Below the pieces are notes generated by a model. It was not told the origin of the DNA and made no database searches. It saw only the letters and a list, made by a program, of their open reading frames with translations. Below, piece by piece: positions 52,501-64,000 of a stretch of 64,000 nucleotides of DNA. A program made the translations under genes and the position numbers. Position 1 is the stretch's first letter. Every line of letters starts with the position of its first letter. Source of the DNA: Acanthaster planci (taxonomy: Eukaryota); NCBI RefSeq assembly GCF_001949145.1, contig NW_019091360.1:1609599-1673598 (forward strand), in the 5' to 3' direction.

Positions 52501-55500
52501 TGAATTCAGATACCATCTGATATCATTTGTGGTGTATCATCCCAGTAGGGGGGGGCACAACAAAAGACGGCATTATTCGGACGGATTACTCACGATTGTT
52601 TAGTCACGTTCGCCTTGAACTGCAATGCAGCCCCTTATCAACAACCCCAGGCAAGGTGTTTGCCATGTTCCTAACATTTTCAGGGTTGATTTGTTTCCGA
52701 TAAACGGCTTTGGCAAATTCCTCCTTATCAGTGGAGAAGTATCAATGTACGAATTAGAGAGAGGGGTTGACCCAGCAAGGTCAGTTCAGGCAAGCGTCGG
52801 CCTTAGGGCTGCATTGGGCCCAGTTCCCAGGCGCTCAGGTGTTGCAAGCAAGAAATGTAACCAGTTATCTCAGCTATAATTTGGAATCTGAATGGGAGAG
52901 GCAGTGCGGCAGCGACTAGGTTGAAAGCATCGAAGTAAAAATCTGCTGCTGTACACTGGTTCCACCTTCTGCACACTGCTCCAAGCATCTCTGTACCTTC
53001 TTACAATACGATGCCTGCCCTTGTGCCTGTGCTTTAAACTTCACTAAATGAGAAATACATGCAAGAATAGTGTAGAAACAGTACCACAAATGTGGCCTAA
53101 TCTAGCAAAATGAGTCGTAGGCTGTTCTTGAGCCAATTCTTTTTTTTTTTTAATTAGTCCAAGGCATTGAAAAGTCATCTTGCTCAGTATACGCCGTACA
53201 TTTAAATCCTTGGATGCTCTTAACATTTTGGCCTGAATAATGTTCGTTTTTCCACAGGTTGCCAACAAACAATGTTCAAACAAAGTGCTGAGTTCGCTTT
53301 TTCTACTGTAGACTACTGCAACATTACCGAAGAAAGCCTGAGCACTCATTAGCCAGGATCTAGTCACATATATAATATATATATATAAAATATAATACAA
53401 CCCCCCCCAAAAAAACAACCCTTCTGTAACAAACATATGTATACATGTATTCAATTACTAGCAGATAAAACTAAAAGCCTAAACCAATTGAATACGTACA
53501 AGTGCTACCGTACATGTGTCACAGTTTTGAGCAACATGATCCATGATAGAAATGAATGGAGAAGAATTAAGAATAAGATTAAAAAGTAAAAACTAGGGCA
53601 GTGTGTCTCTGCTGATCAGGAGAAAGAGATCTGTGACTCTCTTATCTGCTCTGTGTTTATTTATTCTTGACATATACTGCTGGCCATGATTTCCATGAGG
53701 TCACATTGGCTGCAGCAAATGCAGGGTAAGTCATCCATGTAACTGGACCCAGCCTTGACAGTGACATGGAAAATAACCATGAAATCGGCCCATGTAGGTG
53801 GAGATGGGAGATCGGGTACCAGAGGAAATTGCAACGTCTACGTCCGTACACACGGTAGTTGCAAGGGATTCCCAGGTAGTGTTACAAATCAGAGCTTATT
53901 GCACAGAAAGATATGGAGGCACATTAAACCAGCATGAAATATGAAGGAGTGTGTTTTTAATTTACATGGATGTGTTGGCTTACTGTGAAAATTTGATTTT
54001 TTGTGTGTTGTTTGCTTTAACGACATGGAAAGTCAAGTGGGCCGCAGGATATTTTACACATCAACTTCCAGTCGGTTCTCTTTTTGCACTCTCTCTGGAG
54101 GACACACAATTTGGCACTAGCCGTGTGTTTCACACACGCACTTGTTTATTTTTCTAGGCCAATAAATTCACTGTACATTCATGTACTGGTACATTCAAGC
54201 AAAGTTGTGTAATGCGCACACTCTGCAGTCAAAACCATGCATGGGACTGGCAGCTTTGGTTCAGTTGTTTGATGCCAGCTTGCCAATCTTGATCCTTGTA
54301 ACTGCTTTCTTTTGCTCTCACAATAAAAAGGGGAAAACTTTGAAGACAGTTGCTTTGGCCATTTGACTAGTAGTGCTAATCCTAGTTGCTCCTTCCCTGT
54401 GTCCTTTGTACAAGGTACAGTCTACAAGAACTCCCAAAGTGCAGAGCTTGTTTGATCAGAAGTGAGCCTCTCTCATCTTCTCGCTGATTAATGATATTAA
54501 TTAAATGTCAATCTGCGGTCTCAGTTTTGTATGATTTCTGAGCCAGGCTTGGAACAGGTGATCCTTGGTTGAGGAGTTGACGACAGGCCTGTTTAGATAT
54601 CATTCGTCAGAGACAGCATCAAAGGATTTTTATTTTTTAAGGAAATTAAGGAAAGTCTTAGTACTTTCAGAGCCAGTACTTCCGATTTTGCCAGATCTGG
54701 CTGAGTTTTGGGACTGAACGGTGATGGAAGTCATCTGTCGTGGATGCATATTGCTATGACGTTTGTTGTCATTGATGAGGAAATAAGTACCGAGCATTTT
54801 ACCACTGGTTTGTTCATTAAAAGAAGATTGAAGAGCTCTGTCCATTTAGAAAAAAAAATCCAGTTGGCTGTCATGCTTTGCAGTATTAACAATGTTCTTT
54901 TGCTTGGCCTTTTGCCAACCTGTTCTGGGGACACCAGTACATGTAGTTAATGACAGACTGTCTTGTAGATGAGCCTGAAGGATTATTTTTATATATATTT
55001 TTTTGCTAGCAAGTTTTTAATTTGTGCTAGCACACTGGTATCTCTTCTGGATCACCACTGCATTGTGTGTATCCTTGTGGCTTTATTCTTGTGCCCCCCT
55101 CCCACATTGTGGAGCAAAGATACTTGAATGCTACACGCACATATACGGCAAACGCGTGCGCTGTGCGCCATACACACAGCTTAGAGTCCATGTATGGCCA
55201 TGTATTGCTTCTGTATACCAGTCTAAACACAGTAAGGCTTGTCAATCCTAACATTTCAGCAGAGTTTTGCATGCGTTCCTCAGAGGATCTGGGAATTTGG
55301 GGGGTTGAAGTTGACTGTGTAGGTCTTGATGATCAAGAATTTGTTAGATTTTTGTCCATTCTAATGTCACTACAAGAAAGTTGGTACATTGTCAACAGAC
55401 CTGTGTGCAGGAGTGTCGAATATAGAATTCAGCACAGAGCTCTCACCTGCTGCGTTCTTGTTACTCCAAAGCCGGAAAAAGTCAATTCACACAGCAGGAT

Positions 55501-56871
55501 CTTCCGCTGTTCCCCTAAAATGGAAATCAAAGTTAGCAGGCATCTAATATGTCGATGGGCAGTGCTCCAATTCAGTCAGAAATTGGCCTCCAATGATCTC
55601 GGTAATTCAGCCATTAGAAGTGATCAGAGGGCCCTGTGAGTTGACGCTTTGTTGCGGAAATCAGACAGGCAGAGGCGATTTTCAATGTTTTGGGTCTCCC
55701 GATCCTGCTGAGATTTGGATTTTTAAAGCTCACCGTGGCGCTAGATTTGGGAGCAGTTTGGAGGTTTAACTTAGTGGCTTTATATTGTGGGCAGTGGAGC
55801 TTTGATGTAGAGCAAGGCCGTAATTTACAATGTATTCCCAGGCCAGACTATACCTGGTGGGACTTAAAAAAATATCAGTGTGATCTGGAGTGCACCAATC
55901 GCACCTTCAGAAATTCATTTACGTGCAGCGTGGAAGGTAGGCCAGTGCCAACAGCCAGTAGGATTCTTGTGGCATTTGGTTGTGCAGTGCTGAATCTTAA
56001 CTTGGCACTGTTTGGATCGATCATTTCAGCTGAGGTGATGAAAGGCGTCAGGCTTGTCTTCAAGGCAGGGTTCAATCATAAATGAATTGTCATCACAAGA
56101 TGTCCACAATTAAGTCGGGATAAAAATGTGGGAAGAAATACATTTCTTGCTGAAGGACTTAATGGCTAGTCACACTCATACTGTCATCTAGCACCTATGT
56201 ATTTGGCACCATCTGACTAAAATCTTATCAGAGTGAATTTTGGGTGGGGGGGGTATCGGCATAGAGGTCTTTCACATGATGTCACATAACGGATCTGGGT
56301 ATTTCTGTTGGCGATTTCATGCACCCCAGAATGTTGAGAGAACTTGAAGGCGTGCTTGTCTGCGTGGATCTGTGTAAATTGAGTGCTGACCATCAGAATC
56401 ACGTGACTGAAAATTCTCTATACCAGTACATATCTGAATGTTTTAAGTGTTATTTATTTCTGTTCATAAGTAAAAGACAACAATTTATGAAATGTTTGGG
56501 TTTTCAGACAATTGAAAGAGAGCATGTTCTTGAAATTTATTCAGGGGAGGGGCTGGGTTTTGTAGAGGGAGGATGATGTGGGTATTCACGTAGAAATTTC
56601 ACTGATTCATGATACAAAAGCTTCTGATTAACAAATAAACCGATTGTGCCTGCTAAATCACATGACCTATAGTGGGTACCAACAGCACAGCAACGTGTGT
56701 GTTGAGTGTTGTTTGCAAACAGTACAGCTAAGTTAAGGTATAGTACCCAGCACATCAGTAGTCTGAGTGCGATACCTACTGTCGGCTTTATTTTTGGTCA
56801 GTGATAATTAATATGAAACACTTTGCTTTTGGTGGATGCCGTGTTTGTTGATATTTAATACCCACTATAGG

Positions 56872-57038
56872 CAGGGGTGTGAGAATTCAGCTGATGTCAG
56901 CTATTTTTTGTTAAGATGTTGACCCTGAATTCCAGCTTTTTTTGTACACCTGGTCACTACAAAGGTGTGGGAACTTTTACATTTCAGCTTTTTGCTCGCT
57001 GTTTTAAGCTGTAATTTTAAGTGGTCGCTCACACCCCG
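56872..57038. mobile_element. Short MITE (167 bp), hAT-like termini (tentative)
   Basis: CAGGGGTGTGAG at left and CTCACACCCCG at right (GGGGTGTGAG 10/10). TATAGG directly flanks both ends (56866-56871, 57039-57044). Internal TTCAGCT repeats. Confidence 0.7.
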
Positions 57039-59024
57039 TATAGGTCATGTGACTAAGTTGGCGCAGTCGGTCCAGTTAATCTCTCTCTTTCTACATTTTC
57101 CAATGGCTGGTAAACTATGCCCTGGTCTTCAGGACAAAAGCAAAACAATAATTTGTGTATTGTTCAAAAACCACATCCAGCTATCACAACTTCAATATCA
57201 CCTCTATACATTAAATGAAAATGTGACTATCTTTCAAAGTACTGGAGAAAATGCACATGTTGAAGCACAACGTGGCTCCAGTCAAGTGTTATATTTCTGT
57301 AAACTTTGGTTGCACATAGGGATATGAAAAAGGTTTATACTCGCGGGAACGCATGCCATTCGCTGTGCGGCGGTACACTGATCAAACAGCTACGTGAGCA
57401 ACCGTCTCCTTGCTCATCCTGGCTTGATGTCCAATTTGTAATTTCAATGATAATCAAACCCACACGGAAGAGCCTATTGCCAAAGTCCTTGGAGCACCGC
57501 TCCACTGAAACCAGATGGGTTTGTTTAAAAGAGACAGGACTCGAACAGTGTTTTCCCAATAAATACATGTAGTGTCCTTTATTACTTCCTGTCCGTGACA
57601 AGGTTGTAGCTTCACTTTGTTTTAACTTCAGTGCATCCACAAGGTCACCCTCTGCTGTTTTAATTAGGAAAGAGACAGGCAAACGGAGCGGGTTTGGTGC
57701 AACGACTGAACAAAAATGTTGGACAGTGAGAAGACTTATTTTTAATTTGGTTACAGCCTACAGCCTCAAAATGTTCCAGCGTCACTCATTCTTCTTATTT
57801 TGAACGTGCACTGTCTTAATGACAATGCTGGCTGCCATGGTCTCAGTGACAATGGTAGAAGCTTCTCTAGTCACTGAAGCAGTGATGTCATCCTGTAAAA
57901 TACAGGCTAAGTCATAGATTTTGAGAAACGACGTGACTAATTGATTTGGCAACTGCCCCAGCGTGCAGTCACGGGTGCATGCTTGGCGTAGTGCATCTCC
58001 CGGCCTACACGAAGGTCGTTCACCTGACATGGTTGAACTTCTTGGACAACATCTCCTTTGTGCACGCGGGCATCCCAAGTTGATGATTGAGCCGTCTGCT
58101 TGTGGGGGGGGAGGGGCACATCACGTGATGTGCTGGTAGGAGGCAAGCATGCAGGTGTGCTGGTACATTGCAGAGAGTTAACGCATGTTGGCCCTTGTGC
58201 TTGAGAATGTACACATACATGCACTTCCATTGTTTTCTCATCATGCGACGATGTGTCATCTCCAGAGGGACATGGTTCTGATGGTTTGTGCAACTGTTAT
58301 TCTCTAGAAATCTACCACAGCACAGGCCAGCTCCCAGTAATACCGGTACATTCTTCTCGATGGGGTACATGTATATGTATATCTGTAATCGGGTTGAAGC
58401 TTTCAAGATGATTTACTTTAAGCACCTGCGGTAATGGCAGTGTTGAATGACAAGAACAGCCTGAAACTCCAACCTAATGAATGGTGTTTGGAAATCGTTC
58501 TACATGGATACTGTCCTCAGCTGTTCCAGAGATGATTAATGTACATGCGAAAGTTACACGTACTTGATGACTAAATATGGAAGTAGTGACATTGTACATG
58601 TACATGTATTTGCAACACTGTGCTTCGGTTTCGTTGTTCTTTTTTGTCAATAAGCAGAGATACAGTATGTGCAACTGATATGAAGTTTATGCCGCTATGG
58701 AATGATTGAAAAATTAATGCTGACAGAACTTAGTTCATTTACTTAAAGACTTAAAGGTTACGTCGACGGGATATTTTGTCAAAGATCACAGATTTTTTTC
58801 AGCCACTAAAAATATTGTTGGGTCCTTGAAGGTATTGCAGTACATGTGGTGCTTAAATTTCCATCTCCAACTCTTTTTTGTTTGATGTTAACTCCAACGT
58901 CTTCACCTGTGAAAGTATCCACCGCACTGCAGCCCAGAATAAAAAAAGACCATTGTCAGAGTGTCTGAAAATTTAACGTCAGACAAGAATGCCTGATTGG
59001 GTGGTGCTTCTTGGCCCTTGTCAA

Positions 59025-59174
59025 ATAGAGTACCGAAGTGTGACGTCACTGTGAACCAGAAAGTGCAGTGCAAACGAATGGAGTACGTGCGCGTGTTGGT
59101 TCACGCGCTGGTTCTCGTGCTAATGCCTTTTACACACTAATTGTGCGCATGATGTATTCACTTCAGTACTCTAT
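59025..59174. mobile_element. MITE (150 bp) with 16-bp TIRs
   Basis: ATAGAGTACCGAAGTG ... CACTTCAGTACTCTAT (15/16); interior repeated at 43162-43271. Confidence 0.85.
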
Positions 59175-59411
59175 AATGAAGGTCCTCAGATGTTTGAAGT
59201 TGTTATTAACTTTCTCACTGGGGTCTTAGGTGGCGGAGTGACCATGCCTAAACTTCAGCTGTTTTCTTTCACGTTTTCCCATCAGTGAGTTTTTATGTAA
59301 TTTTATTCCTTGACTTTGAAAGCACTATCGGATCCAGGACGTTGCAGGGCTCGTGTCTTCGTGGGAATTTTAATTCACATTTCCCCGTTTTTCATTTTCC
59401 CCTCTCTGCAG

Positions 59412-59501
59412 TTTGCGTTGGAAACGGCAATGGTGTGTCCAGCTCAGTGGACATTGACAATGATGACTACCACTACCAGTCACTGAAGGAGCGGTTTGAA
59501 G
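59412..59501 (+). CDS. EGFR: EGFR coding exon 2 (90 bp), start of L1 domain: (V)CVGNGNGVSSSVDIDNDDYHYQSLKERFE(G)
   Basis: Polypyrimidine tract + CAG acceptor, donor G|GTATGC, phase 1-1. Resembles the ErbB N-terminus (VCxG...HY..L..R[FY]xGC) and joins the next exon in frame. Confidence 0.9.
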
Positions 59502-60305
59502 GTATGCTCCTAGGTGTTATTCACAGGAGAGCCATTTGGGATTGGGCTCTAGTTTCCACTCTCCATAATTTGGAACTACCAATGGAAATGCAACGATGTC
59601 ATTCTCCATGTATATTCCCCCCCCCATTGAATCATCTCCGTTTCCAAATGAGCTGAGTTGGTGGAAAATATTTTTTTTAGGGATTGCATCGCTGAGTTGA
59701 TTCAAAATGGCCGACTTTTGAACAATTTTAGTTCAACGGGGGTGTGCACTTCGTCATCTTCAAAATGCCTGATTCTGAACCTTGCTTTGATGTTGAATAG
59801 GGTATCCAGTGTTTTGTTGTTTCTCTTTTTTTGCAGCAGCAGCAGAAAAAAAAGAAATCTTTCTTGTAAAGTTTGTGCTTCTCTTGTCTCCATCCACGTC
59901 AGTTAGGCTGAGCACAGAAACTGAGCACAAAAAGTGTCCATGAAAGGCTCAGGAATTTCTTGCTTGTGACCACTTCACTTGTAACATGTTGTCATTTTCC
60001 GGGGGGGGGAGTATGGGAGAAAGGGCTTTTGGAAGAGACTCCAGTGTTAAAAAGATTCCATTCTTGCTGAAAGGTAGACGGCATTTTTCATGGGTCACCC
60101 ACTGTCCCTAAAAATATTTTGACATCCTGATATTCAGTGTAAACGGCACTGCATGGACTTGTTGAAATGGTACTTTTACGGGAAAAGCCATTCATGGGGG
60201 AAGGCACTCGTCACAATAAAATATGAGGTAGGGCACTCGTTACAAAACACTGGGGTTCAATATTGCCCTTACATTAGAGTCCCCCTCCTCTCTCGGTATT
60301 GGCAG

Positions 60306-60569
60306 GTTGCACCTTCGTGGATGGCAACCTGGAGGTGAAGTTCATCCGGCAGTCACACTTCAACATGTCCTTCCTGAAGGACATCAAGGAGGTGACTGGC
60401 TATGTACTGATCCTGCTGTACTACCCGGCGGTCCTCTCCTTCCCCAACCTGCGCATCATCCGGGGCTCCACGCTGTACGAGGGTGACCTGGCGCTGTATG
60501 TGGCCACCACTTACCACAACCGGCTGCCCGAGGTGGGGCTGCGGGAGCTGCACTTCCCCAAGCTACACG
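60306..60569 (+). CDS. EGFR: EGFR coding exon 3 (264 bp), receptor L domain: (G)CTFVDGNLEVKFIRQSHFNMSFLKDIKEVTGYVLILLYYPAVLSFPNLRIIRGSTLYEGDLALYVATTYHNRLPEVGLRELHFPKLH
   Basis: Hallmark L-domain motifs CTxVxGNLE, SFLxxIxEVTGYVLI, PNLRIIRG, GLRELxxPxL. Strong GC3 codon bias against AT-rich flanks. CAG acceptor and G|GTGAGT donor. Confidence 0.97.
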
Positions 60570-61102
60570 GTGAGTGCGCAAGCCAAGGAGGGTGCTGTCT
60601 CCGGGCTGCATGAGTCGCAGACCAGTGAGAGGCAGGTTCTTGCCTTGAAATTGCAGTCACGAAATGTTTGCTATGAATTTAGCTGGAGCTGAAGTGAGTT
60701 CAACTTTGGTTGATTTTATTGCGGGAATGTTTGATGTCATGCTGCAAAACTGCTTGTGTTCGCTTTTGCACCAAGTATGAACTTGGCTTGTAATAACCTG
60801 CCATAGGAAACAATGATAAATGCCACCATTTCAAAAAATTGGAGGGAAGGAAATTCACAAACCCTGTTTAGAATTCAGTGGACCATAAAGTGCTCTAATA
60901 ATGTAGCACCGGCTTCGACAGCATAACAATTGAAAATTTAAGTTGGTCTGCCCAGGCTGTTTGAGGTGTATCTACTGGCCTGTTTTCTTAGGATTCATTT
61001 GCAGTGGGTTTTGTTGGCTTGCATTTTTTTTATGCATTATTTTGAGTGTTTATCCTGCATCCTACTCGGCATACTTAGGTGCATCTAGGCTTGTCAATAA
61101 AC

Positions 61103-61153
61103 CCCTCAGGTGGGACTAGAACCCACAACCTACTGCTTACAAGGGCAGACATC
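61103..61153 (-). mobile_element. Decayed tRNA-like / SINE head fragment
   Basis: Minus strand GTCTGCCCTTGTAAGCAGTAGGTTGTGGGTTCTAGTCCCACC resembles an anticodon arm plus T-arm (GTGGG-TTCTAGT-CCCAC); no 5' half or box A. Confidence 0.4.
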
Positions 61154-61380
61154 AGGGCCGATTCAAGTCAGATGACAGGCAGGTACAGCACCAAGTGTTT
61201 CTTTAACATGTGATTTGAAATGAGACTCTCAGAAGTGGTGAAGTTTAAATCTTGCTCAGTCCAACAGAATGCATTCACAGAAAGCAAAGAAGGTCCAGCG
61301 TTCATTTCTTCCCAGCCAACGAGCAGAGCTTAGATCGACTGTACGCAGGTAGCCTCATGCTGTTCAGTCTAATAGCCACG

Positions 61381-61412
61381 TTCACCTCTTGTCTCCTTCA
61401 CCTCTTGTCTCC
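61381..61412 (+). repeat. Perfect 16-bp tandem duplication forming the polypyrimidine tract of the exon 4 acceptor
   Basis: TTCACCTCTTGTCTCC x2 immediately followed by CAG|exon. Confidence 0.9.
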
Positions 61413-61415
61413 CAG

Positions 61416-61544
61416 AAATCATTAAAGGCAAGGTCAAGTTTGTGGACAACCGTGACCTCTGCTATGTCAAAACCATTGACTGGCATGACCTGCGTCCAGA
61501 TCTAGATCCGTGGTACTCGGATCATGCCACATCGTGCCCTGAAG
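61416..61544 (+). CDS. EGFR: EGFR coding exon 4 (129 bp): (E)IIKGKVKFVDNRDLCYVKTIDWHDLRPDLDPWYSDHATSCPE
   Basis: EIxxGxV..xxNxxLCYxxTIDWxD motif ending L1; cccAG acceptor, G|GTGAGG donor, phase 1-1. Confidence 0.95.
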
Positions 61545-62184
61545 GTGAGGCCATATTCAAACCTCCCCCCGTACATCTAGTGGGGAAAAGAGGGGGTGCA
61601 GGGATTTTTTGGGGGGAATTGGAAGGCCAACATTTCAGAAACGGCGTTGGCATCTTTCTTACCAGTTGAAATTTCTTTTCCAGGCGAAAATAGTTGGACA
61701 TTCATTTGTAGAAATTTTTTTTTTTTCTAGCCATGCCACTGTTTCCACCCGTAACATTGTGTGGAGTGAATTCCAATAAGTGCACTGTCTAAAGATGTAG
61801 GGTTTCTAACCAAGTGCTTGCCTACTGGTGGCCAATCTTGGGGGGGAAATCTTGTGGTGATGCAGTACATTGATGTCATTTGTGACTCGCTCGGCAAAAA
61901 TGAGTCACGCGTCGCCAAAGTCACTTTCGAGTTAAAAGCCCATGAAAGGATCCTGCAAAGTATTTAAGCAGTAGCAACCAACATTTTCAAATCGGCACAA
62001 CGGTGACCGGTGACTCCTGTCCAAAGAGCGGGTCACATTTAATCGGACTCTGCTGCAGTTACTGTGTGATGTCGAATACCAGAGTGACCACCATAGGATA
62101 AGCGGCACCACCACGATCAGTAACTGCCCCTCTGAGATGATGAATTCTTCCAACTTTTATCTCTTCCCACTACTACCGTTACAG

Positions 62185-62250
62185 ATCCTCCTTGCGCTCC
62201 AAACTGTCCTGGAGGATGTTGGGGAAGTGGTCCCGATATGTGCCAAGTGT
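62185..62250 (+). CDS. EGFR: EGFR coding exon 5 (66 bp), furin-like Cys-rich domain: (D)PPCAPNCPGGCWGSGPDMCQV
   Basis: CxxxCxxxCWGxGxxxCQ motif typical of ErbB domain II; acAG acceptor, T|GTAAGT donor. The ORF track shows this region only in another frame. Confidence 0.93.
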
Positions 62251-63133
62251 GTAAGTAAAAAGAAAGGATCTTATACGAACCGAAGAGGTGCCGGAGATAC
62301 TGGGGAAAAAAAGACCTAAATATGGAACTTCGTGAATAGCCAGCTGGAATTAAACTCCAAGCCCCTCCGGATTCACAAAGTGTCCAGAAAATCTGTCAAA
62401 AATAAATGAGCGGTTGGCACTAGATAATGTGGTTGGTCTTCATACAAACTTGAAACATGGATTACATGTACATCTGAAAATATTTTGAGTGCCTTGGGGC
62501 AAACTGATCATTGAACGAAGATTTGCCACATAAATTGTCTGATTTATTATTATGTTTATTAATAGAGCAGACAGCATCAGGTCAGAATGATGTGAATCGT
62601 AAAAATTATGTTTGGGCTAAACTACAGGATTAGGTTTTAATACAGAAAGCAAATATTTCTGACGGTCCAACCGATTGAGAGATTTATTTAGGAAATGCCT
62701 TTGATGTGCTGGCATATGTACCAGATGAATGTAGATTGGACTTGATTGAAGAAAAAGTCGGAAACTTTGCCGAAATTGAAGTTTGAATGCCTTGATCTGT
62801 TCCCCTGAGATTCGACTCAGTGAGACTTTACAGCGTCTCAGCTGAACCATCGTTTGAAAGTTAGCCGTGCTCCTTGAGCAACTTGGATCCTGAGCCTCAC
62901 AAGTGCGTTGTATGATATGCACTACCGACGGCATACAACTGTGTATTACATGTGTGCTCGAAAGTGTTTGCTGCATCCTTAATCGTCTCTGCTGTGCAGG
63001 TAATGTGCGGACCGCACATGGTTGTTCATGCCCATAGCTAAATCACAGTGTGGCATTATAGTTTACCGGTGGATCGCACTTGTGTACACAAAAGGTCTTT
63101 ATCACCCTTTGTCTTTCCTTTTTTCCTTGTTAG

Positions 63134-63252
63134 TGACTCGTAAAAACTGCAGCGGGACATGTGACTACCGTTGCCGGGGACCGACGCAGGCCGACTGCTG
63201 CCACCGTAGCTGTGCGGCTGGCTGCACTGGACCAAGTAACAGAGAATGCCTG
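63134..63252 (+). CDS. EGFR: EGFR coding exon 6 (119 bp): (L)TRKNCSGTCDYRCRGPTQADCCHRSCAAGCTGPSNRECL
   Basis: RCRG...DCCHxxCAAGCTGP...CL is ErbB-type rather than insulin-receptor-type; TAG acceptor after a pyrimidine tract, CTG|GTAAGC donor (phase 0). Confidence 0.96.
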
Positions 63253-64000
63253 GTAAGCATAAGAAAGCTAAATGTAAGCCTACATTTAGGTTGGTTCCCT
63301 AGTGGACATTTGGTTATGCTGTTTCCAATGTCATTATCATACATGTAGGCTAGGTAAATCTTAAACCAAAAGAGGTTTTATTTTTTTAATTTGAAGTGAT
63401 AAGTAGGACAGTTACGTATTAATCCACTTGTTTGGGGGTAAAACTATGTTTTTGTTTATAAATTTTGTTAATGGCGGGACCGAGATTTCACTTTTGCATG
63501 GAATGGCCCTCGGGTTTCCACATGGTTGTATCGATTGCTGTTAGCAGGTTAGATACCAAGATGCCTACTGTCATGGAAGAGATTGTGTATGACGTTATTC
63601 GATGATAAAAAAAGGTCAAAAATTGTGCGCTGAAATATTCCTGTGTTGTCACTGCAGCAAAAACTGATACTTCAGTGTGATGCATTTCATTTATGGTCAC
63701 TCTGTTGACAACTTGTGTTCCACTTTCTGAGTCGTAAAGAAAAGAAATGTGGCCCTCTCTGAAGACTCATTGTAGACTCATTGTAGTCAGTTGGCAGTCA
63801 AAATAAAGATCTATCTTTGCCATGAGTCTTTGCCATCTATCTTTTGCTCATATCTGAGTCCATGCTTGTGTCAGACGCGGTGGACAGTTTCTGTGTGATT
63901 GCATAACATCAGGGACTGTTCGGTGATACTGTCTGCATCTCTTTATGTTGATATGGAAAACTAGACTTCAAATTACGTGACCTTAGACTGTAGGCTTGGG

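Larger units (their letters stand above)
27837..59411 (+). other. Predicted large first intron of EGFR (31,575 bp, GT-AG, phase 1)
   Basis: Begins GTGAGT and ends ttttccctctctgcAG. Depends on the exon 1 call. Confidence 0.6.

Noticed and set aside
59412..63252. Insulin/IGF receptor as alternative identity
   Set aside because: CWGxGxxxCQ, CCHxxCAAGCTGP and the exon junction pattern fit ErbB/EGFR better.
63253..64000. Next EGFR exon
   Set aside because: No acceptor followed by the expected xCxxF...C motif before the window ends.

Overview
Eukaryotic (animal) genomic DNA, roughly 40% GC by eye and almost entirely non-coding; nearly all ORFs in the supplied track are noise. The repeat content suggests an invertebrate deuterostome such as an echinoderm, but that is inference. 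The one clear gene is an EGFR/ErbB-family receptor tyrosine kinase on the + strand. Five well-supported exons at 59.4-63.3 kb encode the L1 domain and the start of the furin-like cysteine-rich domain. A candidate signal-peptide exon at 27731-27836 splices to them in phase across a 31.6 kb intron; the six exons total 774 nt (258 codons), and the gene continues beyond the window. The non-coding DNA holds a tRNA-derived SINE, several MITE/foldback elements, dispersed repeats and an 83-bp near-perfect hairpin with flanking direct repeats. The most unusual signal is a window-wide pattern of TA-delimited 2-5 nt modules (TACATGTA, TACCGGTA, TAGGCCTA, TACAGTA), often chained, which reads like stacked Tc1/mariner excision footprints. 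No CRISPR arrays, rRNA, intact tRNA or intact transposase were found.
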